Source: an uncultured Planctomycetota bacterium
GTDB lineage: Bacteria; Planctomycetota; Planctomycetia; Gemmatales; Gemmataceae
Direction: 5' to 3'
NCBI GenBank assembly: GCA_963849325.1
Contig: CAWKHF010000012.1
Coordinates: 1 to 64,000 of the forward strand
Length of the DNA: 64,000 nucleotides
The notes under the pieces were generated by a model. The model saw nothing but the letters and a program-made list of their open reading frames with translations. It searched no databases and had not been told where the DNA came from. Position numbers and translations under genes: made by a program. Of this stretch, positions 20,711 to 32,377 are shown piece after piece. Position 1 is the stretch's first letter. Each line of letters begins with the position of its first letter.

Positions 20711-21973
20711 ATGAATGATCCCGAACCGTTCCTTGCCGAACACCTGAGGTTGACGCGCCGCTTTTTTCTCGGCATGGGCGCGGCCTGCATGGCGGGAGGA
20801 GGCGATCGATCGTTCGCCCAAAGCGCGGAGCCATCCGCGCCGGAGTTGGTCAAAGCCCTGACCAAGCTGGAACCTTATTTCACACCCTCGGCAGACTTCC
20901 GGGATGTGTCGCGCGGCAAGCCGTTGCCCCACACCTTGCCCGAGCAGAAGAAGCGTGAAGTCGGTCTGACGCGCGAGACCTGGAAACTCGAGATCCTGTC
21001 CGACCCGGACCACCCGGCGACCCTGGGCAAGCCGCTCACCAGGGAAGGGGGCACCGCGCTGGACTTCAAGGGTCTGCTTCAGCTGGCCGACAAGTATGCC
21101 GTCCGCTTCCCTAAGGTGATGACATGCCTCAACATCGGCTGCCCATTGGGGATGGGGATTCGGGAGGGCGTTCCGCTCCGCGAGGTGATCGGACTCACCC
21201 GCCCACGGGAGAACCTTCGTCGTGTGTTTTACCACGGCTACCACAACGACGACCCCAAACAGATGTTCCGCAGTTCGCTGGCGATCGACCGGGTGCTGGA
21301 GGATCCCTACGACCTGCCCCCCGTCATCTTGTGCTACAAGTTGAATGGACAATGGCTCGATAGCCGGCGCGGCGGCCCGGTGCGGGTTGTCGTGCCCGAG
21401 GGTTACGGTTTCAAGTCGGTCAAATGGCTCACTCACGTGGTCCTGACCAACCTGTACCACGCCAACGACACGTACGCGCAGGGCAACAACGACATCGACA
21501 GCGCGTTGAAGACCTTCGCCGCGACGTTATCGGTGCCGGCCGAGGTGAAGCGCGGCCAGCCGATCCCGATCACCGGCTATGCTCAGGTGGGCATTTCCGG
21601 ACTGTCGAAGGTCCAAGTGTGGATTCACCCTCGCGGCGCGGTATGGCCCGCCGATGACCCCCACTTTGTCAAGGCGGCCTGGACGGACGCCCGCATCCTT
21701 CCGCCGCCGAGGCACTGGGGCGGGAACTTGCCGGAGGGCAAGATCCCGGAGCGCACGGCGGGCTTCGACACGGCGACCGGCCGGCCACTCGCGTGGCCTC
21801 TTCGACTGTGCAAGGTCCACTGGGCGACACTGCTCCCGGGACTGCCGGCCGGCGAATACACGTTCCGTTGCCGAACCATCGACGAGAAGGGCCAACCTCA
21901 ACCCCTGCCGCGCCCGTTCCGCAAGTCCGGTCATTGTGCCATCGAAGCGGTAAAGATCTCCGTCAAGCCGTGA
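20711..21973 (+). CDS. Molybdopterin-dependent oxidoreductase (sulfite oxidase family), Tat-exported
   Basis: Twin-arginine motif LTRRFFLG. VMTC (candidate Mo-ligand Cys). YKLNGQWL...GGPVRVVVPEGYGFKSVKWL signature. Confidence 0.85.
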   Translation: MNDPEPFLAEHLRLTRRFFLGMGAACMAGGGDRSFAQSAEPSAPELVKALTKLEPYFTPSADFRDVSRGKPLPHTLPEQKKREVGLTRETWKLEILSDPDHPATLGKPLTREGGTALDFKGLLQLADKYAVRFPKVMTCLNIGCPLGMGIREGVPLREVIGLTRPRENLRRVFYHGYHNDDPKQMFRSSLAIDRVLEDPYDLPPVILCYKLNGQWLDSRRGGPVRVVVPEGYGFKSVKWLTHVVLTNLYHANDTYAQGNNDIDSALKTFAATLSVPAEVKRGQPIPITGYAQVGISGLSKVQVWIHPRGAVWPADDPHFVKAAWTDARILPPPRHWGGNLPEGKIPERTAGFDTATGRPLAWPLRLCKVHWATLLPGLPAGEYTFRCRTIDEKGQPQPLPRPFRKSGHCAIEAVKISVKP

Positions 21974-22050
21974 ACCGTCCTGTGCTATCCGGCTCCGTCC
22001 GCCATGCCCATCGGGAGGAATCGTCGGTGATCGAGAGGAGAGTTCATGGT

Positions 22051-22737
22051 TCATCTCTCCTCGATCTTGACGCGGTTGGTTGGAGGAGTCCCTGATGCCG
22101 AAGCCAGTCGGCGAGCGAGGTATTCGCGGCCGTGGGCATAGCGTGTGTTAATCGGCACACCGGCTTGACACAACTTACAGCCTTCCGCCGGCCACGCCGG
22201 TATCTTGTACTCCAGCAAGTAGACGAATCGATCGACGCCCAACCCGGCCGCATCGACGTTTCCCCGACTCACCAGACACGCCGCGCCGACCACCTGACCG
22301 CCCGCGCCTCGCACCGCCGCCGCCGTCTCGCGCAGGGACAGCCCCGTGTTCACGATGTCGTCCACAATCAGCACACGCTTCCCGGCGGCTAGCCCGTCAT
22401 AACCCCGTCGCAACACGAACCGGCCCCGCAAGGAATCGCCCTCCGTCGTGGGGCTGTGTTCCGCGAAGAGGGACAGGACGCCGAGGGCGTGGGCGGTCCA
22501 CTCGGCGACGATTAGCCCGCCCGTCGCGGGGCCGCAGATCGCCTCGGCGCCCCAGGTTCGGACCTCCTCGCCCAAATCGCGGCAGAGGTGCTCGATGTGT
22601 TCGGTGTGCGGGTAAATCGCGTCCTTGTCGATCCAGCCGGCCCCGTGATCGCCCGAGATATAGACGAAATGGTCCTTGTCGATCACGGCGTGCGTTTGGG
22701 TGAGGATGCGTAAGGTCTCTTCTCGGTGCTGGTTCAT
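22051..22737 (-). CDS. pyrE: Type I phosphoribosyltransferase, orotate PRTase-like
   Basis: HFVYISGDH, GPATGG, FVLRRG, PRPP-binding motif VLIVDDIVNTG, and C-terminal CKLC. Substrate specificity is not certain. Confidence 0.7.
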   Translation of the reverse strand: MNQHREETLRILTQTHAVIDKDHFVYISGDHGAGWIDKDAIYPHTEHIEHLCRDLGEEVRTWGAEAICGPATGGLIVAEWTAHALGVLSLFAEHSPTTEGDSLRGRFVLRRGYDGLAAGKRVLIVDDIVNTGLSLRETAAAVRGAGGQVVGAACLVSRGNVDAAGLGVDRFVYLLEYKIPAWPAEGCKLCQAGVPINTRYAHGREYLARRLASASGTPPTNRVKIEER

Positions 22738-22855
22738 CAATGCGCTCTCCGCCGGGTATCGAATCCGTTTCTCCAGGGAGCCTACCGCACGCCCGCGAGC
22801 CGGGCAAGCACTTGTTGTGAATGATGTCAGGCGACAAGAGAAATGTTCGACGCAT

Positions 22856-24004
22856 TCAATCAAAGTGCTCGTCGCCGTCGTTGATGACGGGCAGGCGGCG
22901 CAGGGCGGCGGTGCGGCGCGTCCAGGCGCTGGTCTGCCAGTTGTCCACGCCGGTCTTCTCGGAGAACAGCGGCGGCAGCGGGAAATGGAAGTAATGCGCC
23001 AGGGCGTTGACGAACGGCTCGTACATGCCGCGCAGTTCCGCCACCTTGGCCTCGACGGCCGGACCCTGCCGCAGTTCCAGACCGGCCGCGCGCAACTGCT
23101 CGCCGAGTCGCTGCCAGGCCTCGGGCGGCAAGCGGTTCGGCTCCGCCGGACGGGGCGGAGTGTGGAAGACCAGGGCGAGATCGACGGCGGCATGCCGCGC
23201 CATGGCGAAGGTCAGCTGAGACTGAAAAAGGTTCTTGCCGGGAGCGGCCGCCAGGATGAGCGCGCAGGTATCGAGGATGGTCGTCAGCGCGGCCAGCCAG
23301 GACTGGTTATCGTGCTGCGAGCGGTAAAAGCTGAGCACGGGGAAGGACAGGTGGCTCTCCAACAGCTCCGCCGACCAGCGCTCCCACTCGGCCAGCACGT
23401 CGGAGCCGGCACCGGCATGGCAGTGCGGCGCAATGCGCAGCAGGAATTGCCCGGCGCTGGGCGGCGAACCAGCCCGAGCGTCCAGCAGCGAGATGACCAC
23501 CTCGCGTCGGGAGAACGCCTGGTAGAGCACCGGCATGTAACCGATGATGACGGCCAAGAAGCCGAAGCCGATGCCGCCCTCGATCACCGCCAGGAAGCGA
23601 CCCGGGCCATCCGTCGGCACCATGTCGCCATAGCCGATCGTGAAAAAGGTGATGCCGCTGAAGTACAGCAATGGGGGAAGGCCCTCCGCCGTATCGGCCG
23701 GCCTTTGGAATGGGGTGCCCAGCGACTCGTGCAGCAAGGCGAAGCCGACGATCAATCCCACGACCCACAAGCTGAACAGGGCCAGCAGGGACAGCGGGCC
23801 GAAGACGCTGAGAAAGGTTTCGCGCCGCTTGGACGTAGGGAAGACACGCGACAGCCACAGCCAGACGGGCCAGTTGAGGCGATAGAACCAGCGGCTGAAG
23901 CGAAACTTCCGCATGACGCGGCGCGGCAGCACCATCGCCTCGAAGGCTTCAAAGAGGATCCATCCGATAACCGCCGTGCTGGCCACGGACCCGACGATCG
24001 ACAT
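22856..24004 (-). CDS. Potassium channel family protein (Ion_trans_2)
   Basis: Selectivity filter in LYFSGITFFTIGYGDMVP, flanked by TM helices. Confidence 0.9.
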   Translation of the reverse strand: MSIVGSVASTAVIGWILFEAFEAMVLPRRVMRKFRFSRWFYRLNWPVWLWLSRVFPTSKRRETFLSVFGPLSLLALFSLWVVGLIVGFALLHESLGTPFQRPADTAEGLPPLLYFSGITFFTIGYGDMVPTDGPGRFLAVIEGGIGFGFLAVIIGYMPVLYQAFSRREVVISLLDARAGSPPSAGQFLLRIAPHCHAGAGSDVLAEWERWSAELLESHLSFPVLSFYRSQHDNQSWLAALTTILDTCALILAAAPGKNLFQSQLTFAMARHAAVDLALVFHTPPRPAEPNRLPPEAWQRLGEQLRAAGLELRQGPAVEAKVAELRGMYEPFVNALAHYFHFPLPPLFSEKTGVDNWQTSAWTRRTAALRRLPVINDGDEHFD

Positions 24005-24074
24005 GGCTTATCACCACGGACTTGTGCGAGGAGACACGATTACTCTATGGAAGCGTGGCGCTGCGGAGTAAAGA

Positions 24075-24171
24075 ATGAACCACGGATGAACACAGATAAA
24101 CACGGATAAATAAATATCTAAAAGGTCTTTTTTGTCTTATCGATGTTCATCGGTGTTCATCTGTGGTTCAT
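24075..24171. repeat. Inverted tandem decamer repeat (CACGGATGAA-like)
   Basis: atgaaccacggatgaacacagataaacacggataa...ttatcgatgttcatcggtgttcatctgtggttcat. It contains the TGA stop of the CHAT gene. Confidence 0.8.
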
Positions 24172-27100
24172 TTTTTCTTGGGGTCGAGGGCGGCCAGTTC
24201 GCCGGGGTCGCCGCTGAGGACCCAGGCGGCCCAGAGCGAAGGATGCGGCCGCCGAGGGGCTGGCTCGTCGCCTTCGACGATCTCGAAGCCGCGCACCGGG
24301 CCGGCGGCATCGCCGCGGCGCAGCAGGGCGAGCTGGGCCTGCCGCAGGGCCTCAGCCGACCCCATCTTCTTCCGCCAGAGGTTGTCGTAGAAGCGGCTCA
24401 TCAGGGCCGCCGTCGCGGCGTCGTTGACTTTCCACAGGCTGGCGATCACCGTGCGGGCGCCGGCGAGGTGGAAGGCGCGCTGAAGGCCCAGCACACCCTC
24501 GCCGCCGGCCACGTCGCCCAAACCCGTCTGGCAGGCGCTGAGCACAACCAGCTCGGTGCCGTGCAGGTCCAGCGCTCCCACCTCCAGCGAAGTCAGGATC
24601 GCATCGCCGCCCTTCTCGGAAGGATGATTGACGCCGGCGAAGACGACGCCCGACAGGGCGCCGGGATGCGCCGCGCTGGTGCGGCCCTCGCTCCACGGCT
24701 TGCCGTCGCCCGCCGTCGCGGCCGCACGCGGAGCCAGGGCCGAACGCGCCTGGGGAGGGGCGAAGAATCCGTGCGTCGCCAGATGCAGGTAGGCCGCTCC
24801 CGGCGCGCGCTCGCGGAAGCGGCCGCCCGTCGCGTCGGCGCCGCGCAGCGGACGCACTTCGGCGCCGCTATGGGTCTTCTCAAATAGCCCCTGAATGGCG
24901 CTGATCTCCGTGGCCGTGCCGGGCAGAGCGGAGAAACGCGGCGACGCGGCGGGCTTGTTCGAGGGCGGCTCGCCGAAATCCACGTCACCCAGCACCAGGA
25001 GCGCCGGCGCGGACGTCCGTTCTCCGGCCCGCCGCGCCAGCAGTTCCGGAAGCACTTGCGGGACCGGCACCTGGGCCAGGGGCAGCTCTTCGAGCAGATA
25101 CGCGCCCGTCTTCTTGCCCGGCAGGGCCGCGAACGGCACACGCGCCAGGACGCCGTCGGGCGAGATCAGCACCGCGCGGGCGCCGTGGAGATGCTCTTCC
25201 AGCGGCTGCCAGATCAGCTTGCGCAGTTCCGCGCCGGCCGCGCTGGCGTCCTTTCGCTTTTCCAGCACGACGCGCCAGCGCTCGACGGCCGTGTTGATCG
25301 GCTGGGCCGGTCCCAGCTCGATCACGGCCGCGTCCGCCTGCCCCTTCCGCAGCACGAAGGCCAGCACGCGACGCTCGACCTGGCCCTTGATTTCGCCCTT
25401 TTTCGGAGGCGTGAAGTGGTTGTACTCCAGCAGATCGATCAGCACGACCCCCGGAGGCAGCGACGTGCGGAGCTGCGCCGGCGTCAGCCGTTGGATCGTC
25501 TGCCGGTCCTGGAAATCGCGGCTGAGGGCGGACAGGCTTCGTTCGATCTCCTCCTTGCGTTTGGTGAGGTCCCCGATCCGCCAGCCCCCGTACTCCGATT
25601 CGCGGGTCTCCGCGAGGACCAGCGCGCCCAACTCCCGCGTGACCGACTCCAGTTCACGGTAGAGGCGATCCACGTCGGGAGATGGCGCGGCCGCCTCGCG
25701 CGGCCGCCGCAAGGCCCGCTGCCAGACGAAGACACTCCCCTTCCAGGCCAGCACGGGCTGATAACGGTCGTCGGCGGACAGATGGGCTCGCTGGGCGAGG
25801 GACAAGTAATAGTCCACGTAGCCGCGCAGCGCTTGCATACGGCGCACTTGCAGGCGCTCCGACTGCAGGGCGAAGGCCAAATCGAGGTTCGCACGCGCGG
25901 CGGTGAAGACCTTACGCATGAAGGTATTGGCCTCCTTCGTGTCGCCGCGCATCTCGGCCAGCAGGGCGAGGTTGGCCATTGTCACCACGGTATCCGGATG
26001 CGCCTCCCCCTTGGCCTTGTGGATTTCCAGAGCTTGCCGCCAGAGCCGACCGGCGCGGTCGAGATCTCCTCGTTCAAAGTAAAACTGCCCCTGGTTGTTC
26101 AGAGCGTTGCCCAGGCGGCCGTCTGATCCCTTTCTCTGACGGATTTCCACCGCGCGATGGTAGAGCAACTCGGCCTCGTCCTTCTCCCCCAACTCCTTGG
26201 CAATCGTCGCCAGGTTGTCCAGAACGAGGGCGTAGGCCGGCTCTTCATCGCGGTCGCGCAGGGTCTGTTTGATGATGCCCAGCGCCTCGCACAACAGCAG
26301 GCGGGCACGGCCGTACTCCTGGCGTTTCACGTAGAGCAAGGCGCGATTGTTCAAGGTAGCGGCGTCTTCCGGTAGGACGCCGGGCAACAGCGGAACGGTT
26401 ATGGTGTCATTGCGATCCACCAGGGCGGTGCCGAGGTTGAACTGACCCATCAGGAACTCGTAGCGTTTGCTGAGCTGGATCGCGCCGTTTTTGTCCGGCG
26501 GCCCCAGCTCCACCGACCGACGGCGGGGGAAGTCCTGCGCTTCTCGCAAGCACTCGTCGGCCCTGGCCAAATCGCCCACGGCCTGGTACAGGACGGCGAG
26601 GTTGTTCAGACTGCTCAGGTAGGCGGGATGCAGACGATCGATCTTCGCCATGATCCGCCGCGCCTCCGCGAACAACGGCTCCGCGCGGGGATAATCGCCG
26701 GTCGCGTAGAGCAGCAGGCCGAGGTCGTTCAACCCCTCGACGTATTCGGGGTGCTCTTCGCCGAGGACGGCCTTGCGGATGGCCAGGACTCGCCGAAAGG
26801 AACCCTCGGCGGCGCGGAAGTCGCCCATACGCCTCCGGATCGCCCCGACCCGCGCCAGCGACTGGGCGGTCTCGCGGCTGTTTTCGCCGAGGAGCCGTCG
26901 GCGAGCTTGCAGGATCGCCTCGACGCGCGGGAGCCTCTCGGCATCGCCCCCCTGGTAAAGCCTGTTCAGCTCGTTATCTTCCAGATCGAGCGACTGGCGC
27001 TGCGCGAGGTCGAGCCGCGACAGACGTTCGCTCAGCGCCAGCCGCAGGCGCGTGTTGACGATCTCCCCCGGCATGCCGCCTGGGAGGCTCGTCAGGATGT

Positions 27101-30100
27101 CGAGGCGTTTCTGCCAGGCCTGGCGGGCGCCGTCCCAATCCTCGCTCTGTTCGTATTTCGTGGCCAGGGAGGTGTAACTCGCCAGGGCCTGACCGAGGCG
27201 TTGGAGATAGGCCGGGTTGCGTGGACCCAGCACCTTGCCGGTGATGGCGGCGGCCTGGAGGGAGTATCGGCCGCTCCAAACGGCGTCGCCCTTGCGCTTG
27301 TGCAGCTTCGCCAGGCCGCTCAGGCAGTTGGCATAGTACAGGTGATCCTCGCCCAGCAACTCCTTGACCGTGTTCCGCACGCGCTCGGCCTCCGCGAGCA
27401 GCACGGGGATGCGCTTGTCTTCGCCCTTCTCGAACTGGCGGAGGCCCCGCGGCAGGTTGTCTTGCACGTCCCAGCGGGCATAATAAGCGTCCCAGAATCG
27501 CTGATATTGCTGGCGAGTCATGCGGCGAAGCGTCTCGATTTGCCGGACCTGGAAGCGTGCCTCCACCGTCTGCCAGTGATCGGCGCCGTAAAGCTTCGTC
27601 TTGATCGCCACCACCTCGTCGCCGTATCGACGGGCGAGGTTATAGTCGGGCCACTTCAAATACAGCTCGGACAACCGCGCCAGAGACGCGATGGTCTCCT
27701 CGTGGTCCTCGCCGCGCACCGCGCGCTCGATGGCAACCATCTGGAGGGTCGTGCGGATCGCGTCCTCCAATCGCTTCGCGCTGCGCGATTGCTCGAAAAG
27801 CTTGTCGCGTTCCTTCAGTCGTTCGACCTGAGCGGGCGTCAGTTTGGCATTCGCGGGTTCGACGGCCAGGGCGGCCGCCCGCGCCGCGCTGAGGGCGTCG
27901 AACGATTGGAGCGTATCGGGGTGGTCGGCGCCGAGGAGTTTTCGCCGCCCGTTCAGCGCCTCGCGCAACACCTTTTGGGCCGGGCCGTAGTCTTCGGCCG
28001 CCTTCAGCGCCAGACCGACGACGTGTCGCGCCTCGGCCGTGGCGGGGTGCGCGTCGCCGAGCAGGGTGCGGCGCGTCTCCAATATCCGGCGGGCCGGGTC
28101 CACGGTTTTGCGGTATGCCGCCAGCGCCTCCTCGTGGTATTTAATCAAGTAAATTCGGCCCTTGATTTGTTCTCGCAATTTGTCGAGCGCTGGCCCCGAC
28201 TCGGCGAGCAGGCGGCGCTGCTCGGCCGTCAAGCCGGCCAGGACATCGACGTGCTCCCGCGCCCGCCGCGCCTGCGTGGTGTGCCAGTCGCGCTCGCCGA
28301 AGTGTTCCTTGTACAGGTCGAGCGACTGTTGACGCAGCTTGCGGGCGGCGGCGAAGTCCTCGCGGCTCACGGCCGCGATGGCCTGTTTGTCCAGCAGCTT
28401 GAATAGGCTGTCGCGCGCGCTGGTGTAGCTGTAGCTGTCCTTGTCCTTGTACCGCTTGCGGATGTCCAGAAGCCGGAGATAGAGGGGTACTGCCTCCTCC
28501 GGTTGATTGGCCGATACGGCCAGGTTCGCTGCCTCGCCCAGACTGGTCAGCAAGTCGGGGTGCTCGGCGGGCAGCACCTTTTCCCGCTTCACCAGCGCTT
28601 CGCGCGAGCGACAGCGCCTCGGCATACTTGCTCCGCCATTTGAGATGATCGGCCGACTTCATTTGCTCGCCCGCCTCCCGCAGCAGTCGGCGCTGGTTAG
28701 GGTCCAGGCGAGTCAATAATTCGAGATACGTTCGTTTTTCCTGGGCCTTGTCGATCTGCCATTTGTAGTTGCCCGGACGCTTGCGCTGAATGTCCAGTAT
28801 CTCTTGCGTTGCCTGACGGGCGGCGGCCAGGTCGTCGCGCACGATGGCGGCTTCGGTCGCGTCTTGCAGGAGGCGCACCAGTTGATCCACCGTAGCGGAA
28901 GTCTCCTGGTGGTTCTCGCCCAGTGTTCTCTTGCGGATGGCGAGACACTGACGCATCAGCGCCAGCGCCCGTGGAAGGGCCTTCGTCTCGTGAGAGAGAA
29001 GGGCGAGGTTCCACAACCGGACGGCGTGGCTGGGATGATGTTCGCCGACGACTTGCTGGCTGAGTTCGAGAGCCTGGCGATAGAAATCCTCGGCCTTGGG
29101 ATAATCCTTGAGCTTGTCGTGAATCAGGCCCAGCCGGTTCAGATCGTAGATGCGCCGTCGCGTGCGCTCGCCCAGGACCGCCTGATGAATTTCCAGCGCC
29201 TGCTTCGCCGCCGACAAGGCGTCCGGATATTTCTCCGTCTGGTAGAGCTTGGCTGCCTTGTCGGTCAGCTGGTCGGCCTCGGCCACGCGCTGACGCTGGG
29301 CGGCGTCGAGACCGGCCAAGGTCGTGACGTCGGCCAGGTCCAAGCGTGCATCAATGGTCCACCAGTGCTGGTCGCCGTAAAGCTTGCGAAACACCAACAG
29401 TTCTTCGCGCCGCGCCTGGATGGCGGCAGGGTAATTCTGTCGCCGTTCCTGCAACCACCCCAGCCAATCCAGCGCCGAACCAACGTGGTCGTGGAGATTG
29501 CCGAGTACCTCGCGGTCGAGGGCCAGTACCTTCTCGACCGCAGCGACGGCCTCGTCGAGCTTGCCCGCGTCGCGCAGCTTTTTGACCTCGCCCATGAGCC
29601 GGTCGCGCTCCGCGAGTCGGAGCTTGCGCTGCTCCGGCGTCAGCATGTCCGCGATGACGGCGGCAAGGTCTTTCTCGGTCTGGATTGTCTGGGGATGAAC
29701 CTCTCCCAGACCGCGCTGATAGATGCCGACGGCCTGCTCGAAATGCCGTCGCGCGGCCGGGTAGTCTTTCTGGTCCCGCAGCAGGTTGCCCAGGGCAACG
29801 TAAACGACAGCGATGTCGGGATGGTTGGCAACGAGGACTTTCTTGTTGATCGACAGGGCTTCCTCGAAGAGGGCGCGGGCCTTGGCGCTGTCGCCCTTCT
29901 GACGCAGGGCCGCGCCGCCGATAAGGAGAGCCATCGCCGTATCGGGATGTTCATCCCCCAGCACCCGCCGGCGAATGTCCAAAATCTTCTCGGCCAGAGT
30001 CGCGGCCTCGGCGCCCTTGCTCTGCTTCAACAACGCGGTCGCGCGCGGAAGTAGCTCCGTCGCTTCGTGCAGCGCGGCACGGTCGGCGGCGGAGCGCTTC

Positions 30101-32038
30101 TGCTGCCGATCGACCTCGGCGAGCAGGCGGATCGCATCGGCGATTTGATAATGGTCCGCCGGCACGAGCTGGCGATAGATGGCCAGCACATCTCGGCGGA
30201 CGAGCCGCGCCCGGCTGAAGTCCTCCTGTTGCTCGTGCAATTCGGCCAGCGAGATGAGGAGAAAGGCCGTGTCGGCATGGTAGCGGCCGAACAGCTCGCG
30301 CTGAAGGACCAGCACTTTATCCAGAGCGGCGACGGCTTCGGTCAGTTTGCCGCCGGCGCGGAGCTTGCCAACCTCTTGCCAGAGACGGTTGCGCTCCTGG
30401 AGTCGTTCCTGATACTGCTCCGGCTTCAGAGCAGCGGCGATGACGCCGTCGAGGCTCTTGACGATCTGCACCGTATCGGGGTGTTCGTCGCCTTGCACCT
30501 TCTTGCGGATGGCCAACGAGCGCTCGAAATGGGTGCGGGACGCCGGGTAGTCCTTCCGCGCTCGGAACAGATAGCCGAGATTGCTGTGTACGATGGCGAC
30601 ATCGAGGCTCTCGTCGCCCTGGGCCTTGCGATGGATGGCCAGCGCCCGCTCGTAGTTTTTTCGCGCGGCGTCCAGCTCTCCCAGGGAATCGAGACTGATC
30701 GCCAGTCCGTTGAGCGCATAAGCGGTGTCGGGATGAGCGTCGCCGAGCGTCTTCTCGCGGATGGCCACGGCATGTTCGTAGTAGCGCACCGCGCCCTTGT
30801 AATCCTTCTGGAGTCGCATGAGGTAGCCGAGCGTCGTGCGCACCGATGCCACCTCGGGATGATCCTGGCCCAACAGTGCCAGGCGCGTCTCCAGCGCTTC
30901 GGAGGCGGAGGCGACGGCTTGGGGGAGTTTGCCTTGTTTGGACAGGTCCACGGCTTGCTTGACCTGGCTTCGGGCCTCGCGCAGCCGATCGCGGTCCTCC
31001 GCGGTCATGCCCGCCAGTCGGTCCACGTCGGCTCGTGCCAGCCGTGCGTCGCGGGTCCACCAGTGATCCGCGCCTCGTGTCCGGGAGTAGAGATCCACCA
31101 CTTCCTGACGAGCCGTGCGAGCGGCGGCGAAGTCGCCGTCCTCCTCGTGTTTCTGGGCTTGCCGCGCCCTCAGCGCGGCCAGCGCGTTCCGGCAGCTGTG
31201 CGTGCGTGCATGATCGTCTCCCCAGGTCTTCCTAAAGAGCGCCGTCGCTTGCCGGTAGAGCGTCTCCGCCGCGTCGAGTTCGCCCCGGTCGCGCAGAACC
31301 CCGGCCAGGTTTTGCAAGGTGCTCGCGTGGTCCGGGTGCAGTCCGGCGTCCGATTTCTTCCAGAACGTCGGCTGCTTCCCGGTACAGCGCTTCGGCCCGG
31401 GCGATGTCCTTGCGGCGCTCGTACACGATCGCCAGGAAGTTGAGGGCGCGGGCCGTGTCCGGATGGGCGTCGCCCAGCAGTTGCCGGCGGACTTCCACGG
31501 CCTGTTGCGCCGGCTGGATGGCCTCGGCGTCCTTGCGCTGGTTGTAGAGTCGGCCCGCCAGGTAATACTGCCGCCGCGCCTCGAAGACCCGCCGGCGATC
31601 CGTTTCCTCGAGCTTCGACAGCAGTTCCACGTCGTCTCGGTTCCGGCGAGCGGCGAGGGTCTGCCAGTCCTCGCCGCCGTGCAGCTTGGCCTGGATCGTC
31701 ACCGCCTCGTCCGCGGCGGCGCGAGCTTTGGCGAAGTCGCCCTTCTCGCTGTACAGACGCGCCAGCCAGGTCAGCGATCCGGACGTGTCTTCGTTGGCGT
31801 CCCCCAGCACCTGGCGCTCGACGGCGAGCATTTTTTCGGCGGCGGTGATGGCCTCGATGAGTTGGCCCGCGCGCTCCGCCTTCTCGACATCGGCCTGGTG
31901 CCGGTCACGCTCCTTGAGCCGTTCCTTTTGCTCGACGGTCAAGGGCGGCTCCGCCAGGGCGACTACCCAGCACGCCGCCAGCGCGACCACCACGCCCACT
32001 ACCCGATTGCTCCACTGGAGATGGCGAATGGCACTCAT
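24168..32038 (-). CDS. Giant (~2,600 aa) TPR-repeat CHAT-domain protease with a signal peptide; frame breaks near 31350 and 28620
   Basis: ORFs 31232, 28141 and 24168 join. CHAT dyad LHLATHG (His codon 24771-24773) and VVLSACQTG (Cys codon 24531-24533). Dozens of HPDTA-type TPRs. Hydrophobic N-terminus and GGAGG SD. Confidence 0.88.
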
Positions 32039-32377
32039 CGTTGAGCTTCCTCCTGGAAAGGACTGCCCGGAGCCGTCTGCGAAATCGAAGACAAAATGGT
32101 AGTCTGTTTAATCCGCCCCTGTCCCGCTCGATGCCCGACGGGACGAACGAGCGGAGCGATTGCAGACATTATCTCGAACCGGGCGGCGCAAGGGCAAGAA
32201 AAATGTGTCACGGGTGACAGCCATAGGACAGCGAGATGCTATTTCGCCGCCGGGCGGCGTCGATGCCGCAGCAGGAGAAGAGCGGCGACAACGATCAGCC
32301 CAACCAGGATGGAGAGTGCCATCGTCCACGGAAACTCCCAGCGGACGTTCTCTGTGCGCGCGGGAGTAGCCATCTCT

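Noticed and set aside
24168-32038. TPR-CHAT as a CRISPR-associated (type III-E) protease
   Set aside because: No Cas7-11, Csx30 or array lies nearby; the protein is far larger and has a signal-like N-terminus.
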